Below the pieces are notes generated by a model that was given only the letters and a program-made list of their open reading frames with translations, was not told the origin of the DNA and searched no databases. This document shows, piece by piece, positions 25,185-34,411 of a stretch of DNA of 64,000 bases (positions are counted from its first letter, which is position 1; the number at the start of each line of letters is the position of its first letter). Position numbers and translations under genes: made by a program. This DNA is from an uncultured Chthonomonadaceae bacterium (GTDB lineage Bacteria; Armatimonadota; Chthonomonadetes; Chthonomonadales; CAJBBX01): positions 12,112 through 76,111 of the forward strand of contig CAYSDM010000005.1 in the NCBI GenBank assembly GCA_964429855.1, given 5' to 3'.

Positions 25185-26648
25185 CTATCTGCCGGGTCTT
25201 GGTGGCTGTGGCGCCATCAAGGGTAGTCCTTTGATCTCTTCCGGTCGTTTTTCGACCGTGATGGAGAGATTCGTTTTCGTTCCACCACGCTCCACCACCA
25301 TCGGCAGGTTGTCGCCTGGACGCATCTGAAGCAGGATGCGGCGCACTTCTGCGCTGGATGTGATAGGAGTACCCTTCACGCTGATCATAATATCACCTGG
25401 TTTCAATCCTTGCTTCTGCGCGGGCGAGTCCGGATAAACGCCGCCGATTTTGACCTTGCGAGTTGTCTTCAGAACGCCGTTTGATTCGGTAGTAGTGAGT
25501 GAGTCTTCGAGGATAACTCCCAGCCATATCCGACCGAAACGCTCCCCTTTACGAAGTCCTTCCACCACCGGTTTAATATCATTGATAGCGACCGCGAATC
25601 CAGCGCTGCTAATTGAGGGTGTGGAGATGACTAACGTCTCATTTGATGTTCCTCCGGAGCTTCCCGTAGATGGCGCGACCAGAAGGCGCTGCTCTTCAGG
25701 AACTGCAGCGATGATACCCATCACCTCGCCTTCTACATTCAACAGGGGAGCGCCGCTGTTACCTGCTCCGACCGTTCCGGCAACCTGAATGACGGTCGGG
25801 TAGAAACGATTGCCGGAGTAGGTTCCGTCATCGCGAATCCCGGAGACCATCGCCAGTGAAACGGAGTTCATTTTTCCGTTCTGATTTCCGATGGAGATGG
25901 CAAAGTGACCCACCTCGACTTTCGACGAATCGCCCATCTTCAGCGCCGGGATATTCACTCTGGCTTCCAGTTGAATCAGTCCGATATTCAGGTCAGGAGC
26001 GACACCTACGATTTTCGCCTTGATCCGCTGGTCATCGTCGGTGATAACGACAGGCGATTTCATCCCTTCGATCACATCGGCAGTGGTAACAATATAGCCG
26101 TCGCCGATGGAGAAGCCGGTTCCTGTCTTGGGCAGGGAGGCTCTGGCTATATTCTGCCCGATGATCATGTTCGCCTGTGGCACGGTCAATCCGGTAAAGT
26201 TGCTGCTCCCCTGATTGGTCATCGGCGGAATCGGCGCGCCTCGTTCGCCTGGCCGTGCGCGCTGCGACTGTCTGACTCGTTGAGATGCCGGTGGAACGCT
26301 CGGATTGGAGGACGCTGTTTTACCCGCCTCGGTAGTGGATTTTCTGGGCACGGCTGTTTTACCGGTGCTGGCAGCGGCTTGTCCCGGCAGAATAGTCTGC
26401 GCGGGGACGCTGTTAAATGTACTGAATGCCCAGTTTCCGGCTGCTGTGGTCGGCTGCCCAAACGGATTGAAAGATTGGCGTGATGCGGAAGCATCCTCGA
26501 TGGTTACAACGGCTCCCCGCGCATTGCGAACAATAACGGCGACCTCCTCCTGCATTCTCTTCAACATCCCATCTGCCTGTGCGGTAGAAGTATAAAGAAA
26601 GAGGGCATGTGCGGACAGGAGAAGAATGAGAAAGACTCTCCTTACCAT
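25185..26648 (-). CDS. HtrA/DegP-like trypsin-fold protein with a single PDZ domain; catalytic His and Asp appear substituted
   Basis: Signal peptide; GTGF, GNSGAPL and PDZ (WLGV...SPAQKQGLKPGD). The TNAHV position reads TTADV and the catalytic Asp position reads Asn. Confidence 0.85.
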   Translation of the reverse strand: MVRRVFLILLLSAHALFLYTSTAQADGMLKRMQEEVAVIVRNARGAVVTIEDASASRQSFNPFGQPTTAAGNWAFSTFNSVPAQTILPGQAAASTGKTAVPRKSTTEAGKTASSNPSVPPASQRVRQSQRARPGERGAPIPPMTNQGSSNFTGLTVPQANMIIGQNIARASLPKTGTGFSIGDGYIVTTADVIEGMKSPVVITDDDQRIKAKIVGVAPDLNIGLIQLEARVNIPALKMGDSSKVEVGHFAISIGNQNGKMNSVSLAMVSGIRDDGTYSGNRFYPTVIQVAGTVGAGNSGAPLLNVEGEVMGIIAAVPEEQRLLVAPSTGSSGGTSNETLVISTPSISSAGFAVAINDIKPVVEGLRKGERFGRIWLGVILEDSLTTTESNGVLKTTRKVKIGGVYPDSPAQKQGLKPGDIMISVKGTPITSSAEVRRILLQMRPGDNLPMVVERGGTKTNLSITVEKRPEEIKGLPLMAPQPPRPGR

Positions 26649-27481
26649 ACTCTTATCTCCCTGGTGGTATCGTCCGAGTGATCTTGATCCGATACCGTCG
26701 TATCCATTTCAATTTTACCGATCACATAGTCTCGCTGCGCCGGGTTTTCGGTGGGGTAGGCTCCATCGCCTATGACGAAACGGCGCGAATGGCTGGAGTC
26801 TGCCATCTGCTCGCCATCCAACGGCTGGCGAGGGGCATCAATCGGTTCATTCACTGTACCAGCAGGAGGAGCGGTCGGGATGGTGCGAATAACCGGAGTA
26901 TAATCCCGACGATAGGAGCCTCGCCTGCGGATCCCGCTGCGCTCGTTTCCTTCAGAAAGGCTGTTTCTACTGAAGGCGTTCTCGATTTTGACCGGAGTGA
27001 TCGGGTTGATGGAGCGACCTGGATCAGCGGCGTTGTCGGAAGCCGATTCTTTGCCTGTGACGGGAGGCGCGTCGAAGTGGATCGGCGGCGGGTACTGCAC
27101 GCTCTTCATCGAGGGATTGTTAGATGAGACGAATGACGGATAGAGAAGGAACGCCAGAAGCCCGAAGGCGGCACAGGCGGTGGCGGCTCCTGTCCATGCC
27201 AGGCGATGGAACCGAAGGCGAGCAGGGGGAGTGAAGGGCTGCTCTTCTTCTCGAAGACGCACCCAAACCTGCTGAAAGTCTGGCTTAGATTCAGGCGATG
27301 GCGCTTCACGAAAGGAGAAAAGCAAGCCGACCATCTGCTTCTTGCGGGCTAACTCCATCCGACAGGACGCACAGCCGGAAAGATGGCGTTCGATCTGCGC
27401 CGTCTCCTGCTCATCCAGCCGCATCGCGGCGTAGTCCCACAGCAGATCGCGTATTTTATGACAGGGTCGTGTTTTCCACAT
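26642..27481 (-). CDS. Anti-sigma factor with zinc-finger (ZAS, zf-HC2) and one TM helix
   Basis: HLSGCASC (HxxxCxxC), followed by a hydrophobic helix; directly after the ECF sigma gene. Confidence 0.85.
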   Translation of the reverse strand: MWKTRPCHKIRDLLWDYAAMRLDEQETAQIERHLSGCASCRMELARKKQMVGLLFSFREAPSPESKPDFQQVWVRLREEEQPFTPPARLRFHRLAWTGAATACAAFGLLAFLLYPSFVSSNNPSMKSVQYPPPIHFDAPPVTGKESASDNAADPGRSINPITPVKIENAFSRNSLSEGNERSGIRRRGSYRRDYTPVIRTIPTAPPAGTVNEPIDAPRQPLDGEQMADSSHSRRFVIGDGAYPTENPAQRDYVIGKIEMDTTVSDQDHSDDTTREIRVW

Positions 27482-27484
27482 TTT

Positions 27485-28078
27485 CTATCTTCCTGATTTT
27501 AGCGCCGACTCCACACGCGCGATGAAACGATCTCTGGCGCGAGACAGCTTTACGCGCACACTGGAGACGGAGCAGCCCATGATGTCTGCGATCTCTTTGC
27601 AGCTAAGGTTCTCTATCTCCCTCAGAATGATCAGTTCTCTCTGGTCGGCAGGCATGGCGCGCAGTATGCGCATAATGATTGCATGCGTCTCTGTGCGCTC
27701 CACCTCTGTGTGCGGATCTATACTGTTCTCTGCTTGCGGGAAACGCTCCAGCGCAAGATGCGGATCACAGAGAATCTCGCCGCGGCGCTTCAGCGCTCTT
27801 ATCTTGTCCCGGCACAGATTTGTGCAGATCTTGAACAGCCAGCTTTGAAGACGGCACTGATTTCGAAAGCTATGTATGGTGGAGAAGGCGCGTAAAAAGG
27901 TCTCCTGTTTGATGTCGTGCGCCTCCTCATGGTTTCCAATCAGATGGTAGGCGTAGCGAAAAACCGCCCGTTCATGGTCGGCATAGACCTGTGCCAGAGC
28001 TTCCGGGTCTTTCGCCCGGCAGCGCGCCATGAACTGGTCTTCCATATCCTGCATTGTCGCTCCGTCAAAGGCGATCAT
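27485..28078 (-). CDS. ECF (sigma-70 group 4) RNA polymerase sigma factor
   Basis: DIKQETFLRA, SWLFKICTNLCRD, LREIENLSCKEIA and region 4 SVRVKLSRAR; start moved to ATG 28078 (AGGAGG upstream). Confidence 0.92.
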   Translation of the reverse strand: MIAFDGATMQDMEDQFMARCRAKDPEALAQVYADHERAVFRYAYHLIGNHEEAHDIKQETFLRAFSTIHSFRNQCRLQSWLFKICTNLCRDKIRALKRRGEILCDPHLALERFPQAENSIDPHTEVERTETHAIIMRILRAMPADQRELIILREIENLSCKEIADIMGCSVSSVRVKLSRARDRFIARVESALKSGR

Positions 28079-28218
28079 GAATGCCTTTCGTCCTCCTGCT
28101 GATTGATAGACGATTCCAACAGGGAAAGCATTAACGCGATTTGCCCCGATTCGTAAAAAAAAGTCAGGCGGTGGATGCCTGACCTGAAATGTCAAAGAAT
28201 GGAAGGAGATGCAGATGT

Positions 28219-30738
28219 TTAACTGACCGTTTCGGACTGTTTCACGGCGGCTTCCGCCTCCTCTACCCGCGCTACGCGTTCGATGGTGGCGACGCTGTCT
28301 CCCGGCTCCAGATTGATGAGCTTGACACCCTGCGTGCTGCGTCCGGCGGAACGGATCGTCTTCACCTCCATACGGATCATGATCCCGTTTTTCGTGATAA
28401 TCATAAGACGATCATCCGGTTCGACGACCTGAGCATCTATAATCATGCCAGTCTTCTCCGTGATATCCATCGTGATGATGCCCTTACCGCCACGCGATTG
28501 TGCGCGATAGTCCTTCAGATCGGTGCGCTTACCGACGCCGCGCTCTCCCACGACCAGAAGCTGACTGGTTGCGCGGACGACATCCATCGCCACCACCTCA
28601 TCCTTCTGCTTCCCGTTCTCATCGCGCATCTCGATCCCGCGCACTCCACCTGCCGGTCTGCCTCGCACCGGGACATCCGTCTCTTTGAAGCGGATGGACT
28701 TCCCGCCACGTGTCACAAGAATGCACTCCTGTGCGCCGTCGGTCAGCTTCACCCACTTGAGCGAGTCATCCGGCTCCAGGTCGAAGCAGATCAAGCCGTT
28801 GGCGCGAAGATTCGCAAACTCCTTCAGGTCTACGCGTTTCACCTCACCGTTCTGTGTGGCGAAGAGCATATAACCGGCGGCGTTCTGAAGATCTTTAACC
28901 GGAACTGTGGCGGTCACCTTATCCTCCGGTTCGATGCCGATCAGGTTCACGATAGCCATGCCCATCGCCTGTCGGCTGGTCTGGGGAACCTCATAGGCTT
29001 TCAGTTTGTATACTCGCCCGCGATTGGTGAAGAAGAGGATGTAGTCATGAGTATTCGCGACAAACAGATGCTCGATGGCGTCCTCTTCTTTGGTGTTGGC
29101 TCCAATGATGCCGCGCCCTCCGCGCTTCTGCGTCCGATAGGAGTCGAGCTGCACCCGCTTAATATAGCCGTCACGGGTGATCGTAACGAGCATATCCTCC
29201 TCCGGGATCAGGTCCTCTTCGCCGATCTCCTCCGGCTCGGTCGGAATGATGCGGGTGCGCCGGTCGTCGCCATACTTATCACGCAGGGCGCGCAGTTCCG
29301 TCTTAATAATCGCGCTGACCCGCGCCGGATTGATCAGAATGTCCTCATAAGAGGCGATCTCCTTGAGTTTGCCCTTATACTCATCTTCGATCTTGTTCCG
29401 GTTAAGGCGGGTAAGCTGCCGAAGCTGCATGGACAGAATGGCTTCCGCCTGAAGCTGCGTCAAGCCAAAACGTGTCATCATTTCGGTGCGGGCGATGGTA
29501 TCGTCTTCTGAGGCGCGAATGATCCGAATGATCTCATCCAGAAAATCGAGGGCGATCTGCAAGCCTTCCAGAATATGCGCTCTCTGTTTGGCGCGCCCCA
29601 GTTCATAGCGCGTTCGACGAACGATAATTTCGCGGCGATGGTTCAGGTAGTGTGTGATGACCTGTGGGAGGGTCAGCAGACGTGGCTGATTATCCACCAG
29701 CGCCAGCATAATCACGCCAAAGGTTGTTCGCAGGGCAGTGTGCTTCAGAAGGTAGTTCAGCACTTTGCGCGGGTAGGCATCGCGGCGAAGCTCGATGACG
29801 ACACGAATTCCGTGCCGGTTGCTGTAGTCCTGAATGTCGGTGATGCCCTCTACCTTCTTCTGCTTCACAAGGTCAGCGATGTCCTGAATCAGGTTCTTTT
29901 TATTGACCTGATAGGGCAGTTCCGTGATGACAATCGCGTGTTTTCCGTTCTCAATCGGCTCGATCTGAATATTTGCCTGAACGGTGATATGCCCGCGTCC
30001 CTTCTCGTAGGCGTCTCGAATGCCCCGCGTGCCAAGAATCAGCCCGGCGGTGGGGAAGTCCGGTCCGGTAATGAACTTCATCAGATCGGCAACGGTCGCA
30101 TCGGGGTTCTCCAGCAGATGCATGCAGACATCGCAGACTTCACGCAGGTTATGAGGAGGCACTTTGGTCGCCATGCCGACCGCAATACCCTCTCCGCCAT
30201 TGCACAGGAAATTGGGGAAGCGCGAAGGAAGGACAACCGGCTCGGTGCGCGTGTTGTCGTAGTTATCCATGAAGTTGACAGTTTCGCGATCCAGGTCAAC
30301 CAGCATTTCGACCGCGAAGACCGACATCCGCACTTCGGTATAACGCTGCGCGGCGGGGGGATCGCCGTCCACGCTGCCGAAGTTACCCTGCGGGTCCACC
30401 AGCGGATAACGCAGACTGAAGTCCTGCGCCATGCGAACCAGGGTCGGGTAGATAACCTGATCTCCATGCGGGTGGTAGTTACCGGAGGTGTCCCCGGTGA
30501 TTTTGGCGGATTTTCTGCGTTGCGCTCCCGGTCCAAGGTTCAGGTCGTTCATCGCCATCAGAATCCGACGTTGAACCGGCTTCAGTCCATCGCGAACATC
30601 TGGAAGGGCGCGCGCGATCAGCGTGGAGACGGCATACCCCAGATAGGAACGCTTCAGTTCGTCGGAGATGTCAATCAACATCGTTCCGCCTTCACCGTTG
30701 CCCTCGCTGCCGTTTGGGGAGTCAATATCCGTTGACAT
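28219..30738 (-). CDS. gyrA: DNA gyrase subunit A
   Basis: RALPDVRDGLKPVQRR, YHPHGD, catalytic AAQRYTE and GyrA-box QKRGGRG; start at ATG 30738 with RBS AAGGAG. Confidence 0.97.
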   Translation of the reverse strand: MSTDIDSPNGSEGNGEGGTMLIDISDELKRSYLGYAVSTLIARALPDVRDGLKPVQRRILMAMNDLNLGPGAQRRKSAKITGDTSGNYHPHGDQVIYPTLVRMAQDFSLRYPLVDPQGNFGSVDGDPPAAQRYTEVRMSVFAVEMLVDLDRETVNFMDNYDNTRTEPVVLPSRFPNFLCNGGEGIAVGMATKVPPHNLREVCDVCMHLLENPDATVADLMKFITGPDFPTAGLILGTRGIRDAYEKGRGHITVQANIQIEPIENGKHAIVITELPYQVNKKNLIQDIADLVKQKKVEGITDIQDYSNRHGIRVVIELRRDAYPRKVLNYLLKHTALRTTFGVIMLALVDNQPRLLTLPQVITHYLNHRREIIVRRTRYELGRAKQRAHILEGLQIALDFLDEIIRIIRASEDDTIARTEMMTRFGLTQLQAEAILSMQLRQLTRLNRNKIEDEYKGKLKEIASYEDILINPARVSAIIKTELRALRDKYGDDRRTRIIPTEPEEIGEEDLIPEEDMLVTITRDGYIKRVQLDSYRTQKRGGRGIIGANTKEEDAIEHLFVANTHDYILFFTNRGRVYKLKAYEVPQTSRQAMGMAIVNLIGIEPEDKVTATVPVKDLQNAAGYMLFATQNGEVKRVDLKEFANLRANGLICFDLEPDDSLKWVKLTDGAQECILVTRGGKSIRFKETDVPVRGRPAGGVRGIEMRDENGKQKDEVVAMDVVRATSQLLVVGERGVGKRTDLKDYRAQSRGGKGIITMDITEKTGMIIDAQVVEPDDRLMIITKNGIMIRMEVKTIRSAGRSTQGVKLINLEPGDSVATIERVARVEEAEAAVKQSETVS

Positions 30739-31056
30739 AGTTTCTCCTTTGGAGGAAAACATCGCGTGAACACTAATTATATCCTGTCCATTACGCGAAT
30801 ATTATAGCAGATTATGTATAACTTTGTCAACATCTTGTAGGTCATTTTGAAAAAGCAAGAAGCATTTGAAATGCGAAGGAGGTATCCATCCGGGACAAAA
30901 TGGAGGCGACTTCTCGTATAGTAGAGAGGACGGCCAACAACATATTTTGTGAAATATCCTTTCTCTGTAAAGAAGAGAGGATTTCATTATATTTAGCTTG
31001 AATCTATAATGAAACGCTGTTTTGCATTCACATCCTGAACAGGAGGTATCTGGTCG

Positions 31057-31752
31057 GTGAAATCTGGATTAGCCCTGATGTTCGGTTTTGCGCTGGCGGC
31101 AACGCCGCTGATTGTAATCGCAGCGCAGGACTCCAAAGAGAAACCGGCGCTCCCGGAGACGGTTGCCTGTGCCGTAATGCCGGATCACAAGGTTAACGTG
31201 AAGGACGCGATGGCGAAGGGGATGTATGCGGATTATGAGTATAACCGCTACTTCTTCTGTTGCGCCGGGTGTCCGCCCCAATTTGCGAAAAGCCCTGAGA
31301 AGTTCGCCAAAAACGCCAGCATTCCGCTTCAATCCATTCCCATGCCGGAGAAGATCGCCTGCGCGGTGATGGAGGATCACTCCATCAACCCCAAACAGGC
31401 GACGGAGAAGAAGCTCTTCGCGGACTACAATGGTCGCCGCTACTTCTTCTGCTGTGAGGGCTGCGTTCCTGCTTTCAACAAGGAGCCGGAGAAGTTTGCG
31501 AAGAAAGCCAGCGTACCGCTCGGTCAGATCGAACTGCCGAAGACGGTCGCCTGCGCCGTGATGACCGATAATAAGGTGGATGTCAAGGACGCGCTGAGTA
31601 AGGGAATGTACGCCGATTACAAGGGACGCCGCTATCTGTTCTGCTGCGCAGGCTGCCCGGGGGCATTCAAAGCCGATCCGGCGAAGTTCGCCAGCAATGC
31701 GAGCATCCCTTCACCGAAGGTTGAGAAGAAAGAAGCCAAAGAGACGAATTAA
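31057..31752 (+). CDS. Exported protein with three tandem YHS-like domains
   Basis: GTG start with AGGAGG RBS; signal peptide; three repeats of CAVM...Y.Y.GRRYFFCCxGC...F...P.KFA. Confidence 0.85.
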   Translation: MKSGLALMFGFALAATPLIVIAAQDSKEKPALPETVACAVMPDHKVNVKDAMAKGMYADYEYNRYFFCCAGCPPQFAKSPEKFAKNASIPLQSIPMPEKIACAVMEDHSINPKQATEKKLFADYNGRRYFFCCEGCVPAFNKEPEKFAKKASVPLGQIELPKTVACAVMTDNKVDVKDALSKGMYADYKGRRYLFCCAGCPGAFKADPAKFASNASIPSPKVEKKEAKETN

Positions 31753-31778
31753 CCTTCTTTTAACGGTGTCTCACATCG

Positions 31779-31818
31779 CGACCCGGTCGAGATTCCCCCG
31801 CGAAAACCGACCGGGTCG
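31779..31818 (+). terminator. Possible terminator hairpin after the YHS gene
   Basis: CGACCCGGTCG / CGACCGGGTCG 11-bp stem with an 18-nt loop. Confidence 0.45.
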
Positions 31819-31842
31819 TTCTGTGATCCCTGGCCGAAGCAG

Positions 31843-31871
31843 TTGACAAGCGCGGGGGATTGCGGTAGACT
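31843..31871 (+). promoter_or_regulatory. Sigma70-type promoter of tRNA-Ser(CGA)
   Basis: TTGACA-N17-TAGACT, 27 nt before the tRNA. Confidence 0.75.
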
Positions 31872-31898
31872 CCCATCATCCACATTGAACGATCGCAC

Positions 31899-31982
31899 GG
31901 AGGGGTCGCATAGTGGTCTAGTGCGCCCGCCTCGAAAGCGGGTAGGTCAAAAGCCTCGCGGGTTCGAATCCCGCCCCCTCCG
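31899..31982 (+). tRNA. tRNA-Ser(CGA)
   Basis: GGAGGGG/CCCCTCC acceptor stem, CCCGC-CTCGAAA-GCGGG anticodon arm, long variable arm, GGTTCGAATCC. Confidence 0.95.
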
Positions 31983-32078
31983 CTCCCCTTATTCCGCTCT
32001 CCAGATTGTTGCCGCGATATGTTGTTCGGGATGTTTTCGGGTCGCCCAGCAGTAGAGCGCTACCAGTTCGTCGGAGTA

Positions 32079-34019
32079 TCAACGGCTACCTTTAGCCATC
32101 GCTTCCGCAAACAGCCTATCCAGCGCCGGTCTGTCTACCGGGTGCCGGGATTCATGTTCCATTGCCAGCCGACGCCGGTTCTCTATCTCTCGCCGAACCC
32201 GGCTGTCGCGGGCTGCCACATAGATGACGGAGCGGCTCTGCACGTCGTCTATCTCAACGCCGGTATCGGTGGCGCGCCACTTCGTCGGGTGAACGCCGTC
32301 CGCATCTATCCGGAAGAGATCTTGCGGTTTTCGCAGCCAATGAGGCAGTGGAAACTGAAATACGGCTCTTCTTGGAGCGCCAAATGTAAAGACGTTCTCC
32401 TTCGGATCGGCAGAGTAGGCGGTATCCAGCGCAAAAAGAATCCCAGCCGATGGAGACACTATCGAGGCGAGGTCCCAGTCCGGCGCGCCGTCTGCAGTGG
32501 TTCGCCGCTCAAAACGGTAGGCGTCTCCCTCCAGATAAAACCTATCCAGCATCCGTATTTCGCGCCCTATTCGCCGCATCGCCTCCCATGTATCCGGGTA
32601 CTCCATCAGTGATCTCAGACTCAGATTGAACCAGTAGAGGGAAGTGATCCGCGTGGAGAGGGCATGTAGTGCCTGCTCGCGCAGTTCATCCGGGGTTGGA
32701 GATCGTCGTTTTCGCCCGTCAAAACGATTATCCCAGTCGTAGTGCGGTCCCTGTGACCAGTAGGCGCAGGGCATCGGACGATTCAGTTCTCGCAGAGAGC
32801 GGCACATGTCGCCGATAGTCTCCAGAGGCGCGCCCCATCGAATACGCCGTCCGCCCCAGCGATCATAGAGATTCCAGGCATCGGCAGCGGGCGCGACAAC
32901 GCGATAGGCGTCGTAGTGCGGGTAGTCCGAAAGACCGGCATACCAGCGCCAGACCTTCTCTTCGCTGTGCGTTACGGTGGTCGCCAGCCTGCTGGCACGA
33001 TAGGGAAGAAGCTGATCGAAAACCTCCTGTGGAGGAACCGGTCTCCCGCCTCCATACTGCGGTTCTCCCAGAAACTCTACGGCGTGGATCCTGGGCAGCC
33101 ATTCATCCGTATCGAAGGCGGATATCGGGTCCAGTTTATGGAACAGCTTGATCGGGATTCGGTTGTATAGCGCAGGATTGTCAGTATAACCGGGAGTTGC
33201 GCTGATATGTCCGGTATTGATATGCATACTCGCCAGAAGATGCAGATACGACTCCTGCCGGATGTGTTCCCCGATCCAGCCTCCACTGATATCGAATACC
33301 TCCCGCTTGATGCGAAGATGCGCCCATAGCGACCCTTCCGAGGTCGCCAGTTCTATCGCCGCATAGGTCAGGGGCAGTTTGCGCGTAGAGATTCGGACAT
33401 AGCCTTTCTCTCCAGAAGGAACCATCTCAGAGACCTTGATCGGCTTTTCTGGGAAGAGTGTCTGCCATGTATCTCCGGATTTCGGAAGCCATAGACGCAG
33501 TGAGTGAATTTTCAAGGCGCGCGTTCCGGTATTGGCGACATACGCCATCACAGTATCCGGCTGAACGGAGCCATCCCGCGAGAGGAAGGTAACGCTGGAA
33601 ATCCACTGTTTCGGCGCGGTTATCGGAATCTCTGTCGGCTTCAGCCCTTCGGCTTCCAGTTGGAAGGCGTTCCCGACGCCCCATCGGGACGATTTGCCAT
33701 TGAAACTCCAGACCGTCAACGCCTCTTCCGAGGGCGATTTCACCGCGGTAGACAGATCATGCCAGGACCACTCCTGTTCGGCAAGGAGCTGCGCAGGTGT
33801 CTTCCCATTGAAACGACCGGGCATAGCGGGACCTTTTACAAAGAGCTGTATACGTGCTGCAAGAGACGGATCACGCGGACGGCGATAACGCATCGTTGGC
33901 TCGATGGTGTGCGGGGTAATGACCTTCCCGACGATCTCTGCGGCGGTAGAGGGAAAGGAAATCTGCAGGGTCATGGCGAGAAAAGGGAGCGTAAAAAGGC
34001 GTATCATGCAACGATCCAT
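32079..34019 (-). CDS. Secreted hypothetical protein (possible glycoside-hydrolase-like TIM barrel)
   Basis: The ORF-track start overlaps tRNA-Phe. The real start is ATG 34019 or 34007, giving a signal peptide (MIRLFTLPFLAMTLQISFPSTAA). Trp/Tyr/Asp-rich body; family not confidently recognised. Confidence 0.7.
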   Translation of the reverse strand: MDRCMIRLFTLPFLAMTLQISFPSTAAEIVGKVITPHTIEPTMRYRRPRDPSLAARIQLFVKGPAMPGRFNGKTPAQLLAEQEWSWHDLSTAVKSPSEEALTVWSFNGKSSRWGVGNAFQLEAEGLKPTEIPITAPKQWISSVTFLSRDGSVQPDTVMAYVANTGTRALKIHSLRLWLPKSGDTWQTLFPEKPIKVSEMVPSGEKGYVRISTRKLPLTYAAIELATSEGSLWAHLRIKREVFDISGGWIGEHIRQESYLHLLASMHINTGHISATPGYTDNPALYNRIPIKLFHKLDPISAFDTDEWLPRIHAVEFLGEPQYGGGRPVPPQEVFDQLLPYRASRLATTVTHSEEKVWRWYAGLSDYPHYDAYRVVAPAADAWNLYDRWGGRRIRWGAPLETIGDMCRSLRELNRPMPCAYWSQGPHYDWDNRFDGRKRRSPTPDELREQALHALSTRITSLYWFNLSLRSLMEYPDTWEAMRRIGREIRMLDRFYLEGDAYRFERRTTADGAPDWDLASIVSPSAGILFALDTAYSADPKENVFTFGAPRRAVFQFPLPHWLRKPQDLFRIDADGVHPTKWRATDTGVEIDDVQSRSVIYVAARDSRVRREIENRRRLAMEHESRHPVDRPALDRLFAEAMAKGSR

Positions 34020-34114
34020 TTCGATGTCAACACCAGAATATAGAGATAGAGACGCAGAAAGACGGGATCCAAAAGGTTCCCGCCTTTCCATCCAAAGCCA
34101 CAAAAAATCAGAAG

Positions 34115-34187
34115 TGCCGCGGACCGGACTTGAACCAGTGACACGTGGATTTTCAGTCCACTGCTCTACCAACTGAGCTACCGCGGC
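34115..34187 (-). tRNA. tRNA-Phe(GAA)
   Basis: GCCGCGG/CCGCGGC acceptor stem, GTGGA-CTGAAAA-TCCAC anticodon arm, GGTTCAAGTCC. Confidence 0.96.
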
Positions 34188-34219
34188 ATATCTCTATTGT
34201 TGCTCAACAGAGCACACCT

Positions 34220-34249
34220 ATTATACTGCATGACATTCGGAAATGTAAA
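34220..34249 (-). promoter_or_regulatory. Sigma70-type promoter of tRNA-Phe
   Basis: TTTACA-N18-TATAAT on the minus strand, upstream of the tRNA. Confidence 0.6.
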
Positions 34250-34411
34250 GACTGACTATGCTAAAACTCCCCTGACAATAAACCCTGTTCGCGCGTTGTT
34301 TCAGTGGGGTGTGTATGATACAATGACATGAAGTAGAGACACTTTCATGTGGCTTGACAACGGAAATCCATTCCGAACTGACAGCGCGCCCAAATAGGGC
34401 ATCAACGCTTT

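Noticed and set aside
34020-34172. ORF-track N-terminal extension of the 697-aa ORF
   Set aside because: It runs through tRNA-Phe; the downstream ATG gives a proper signal peptide.
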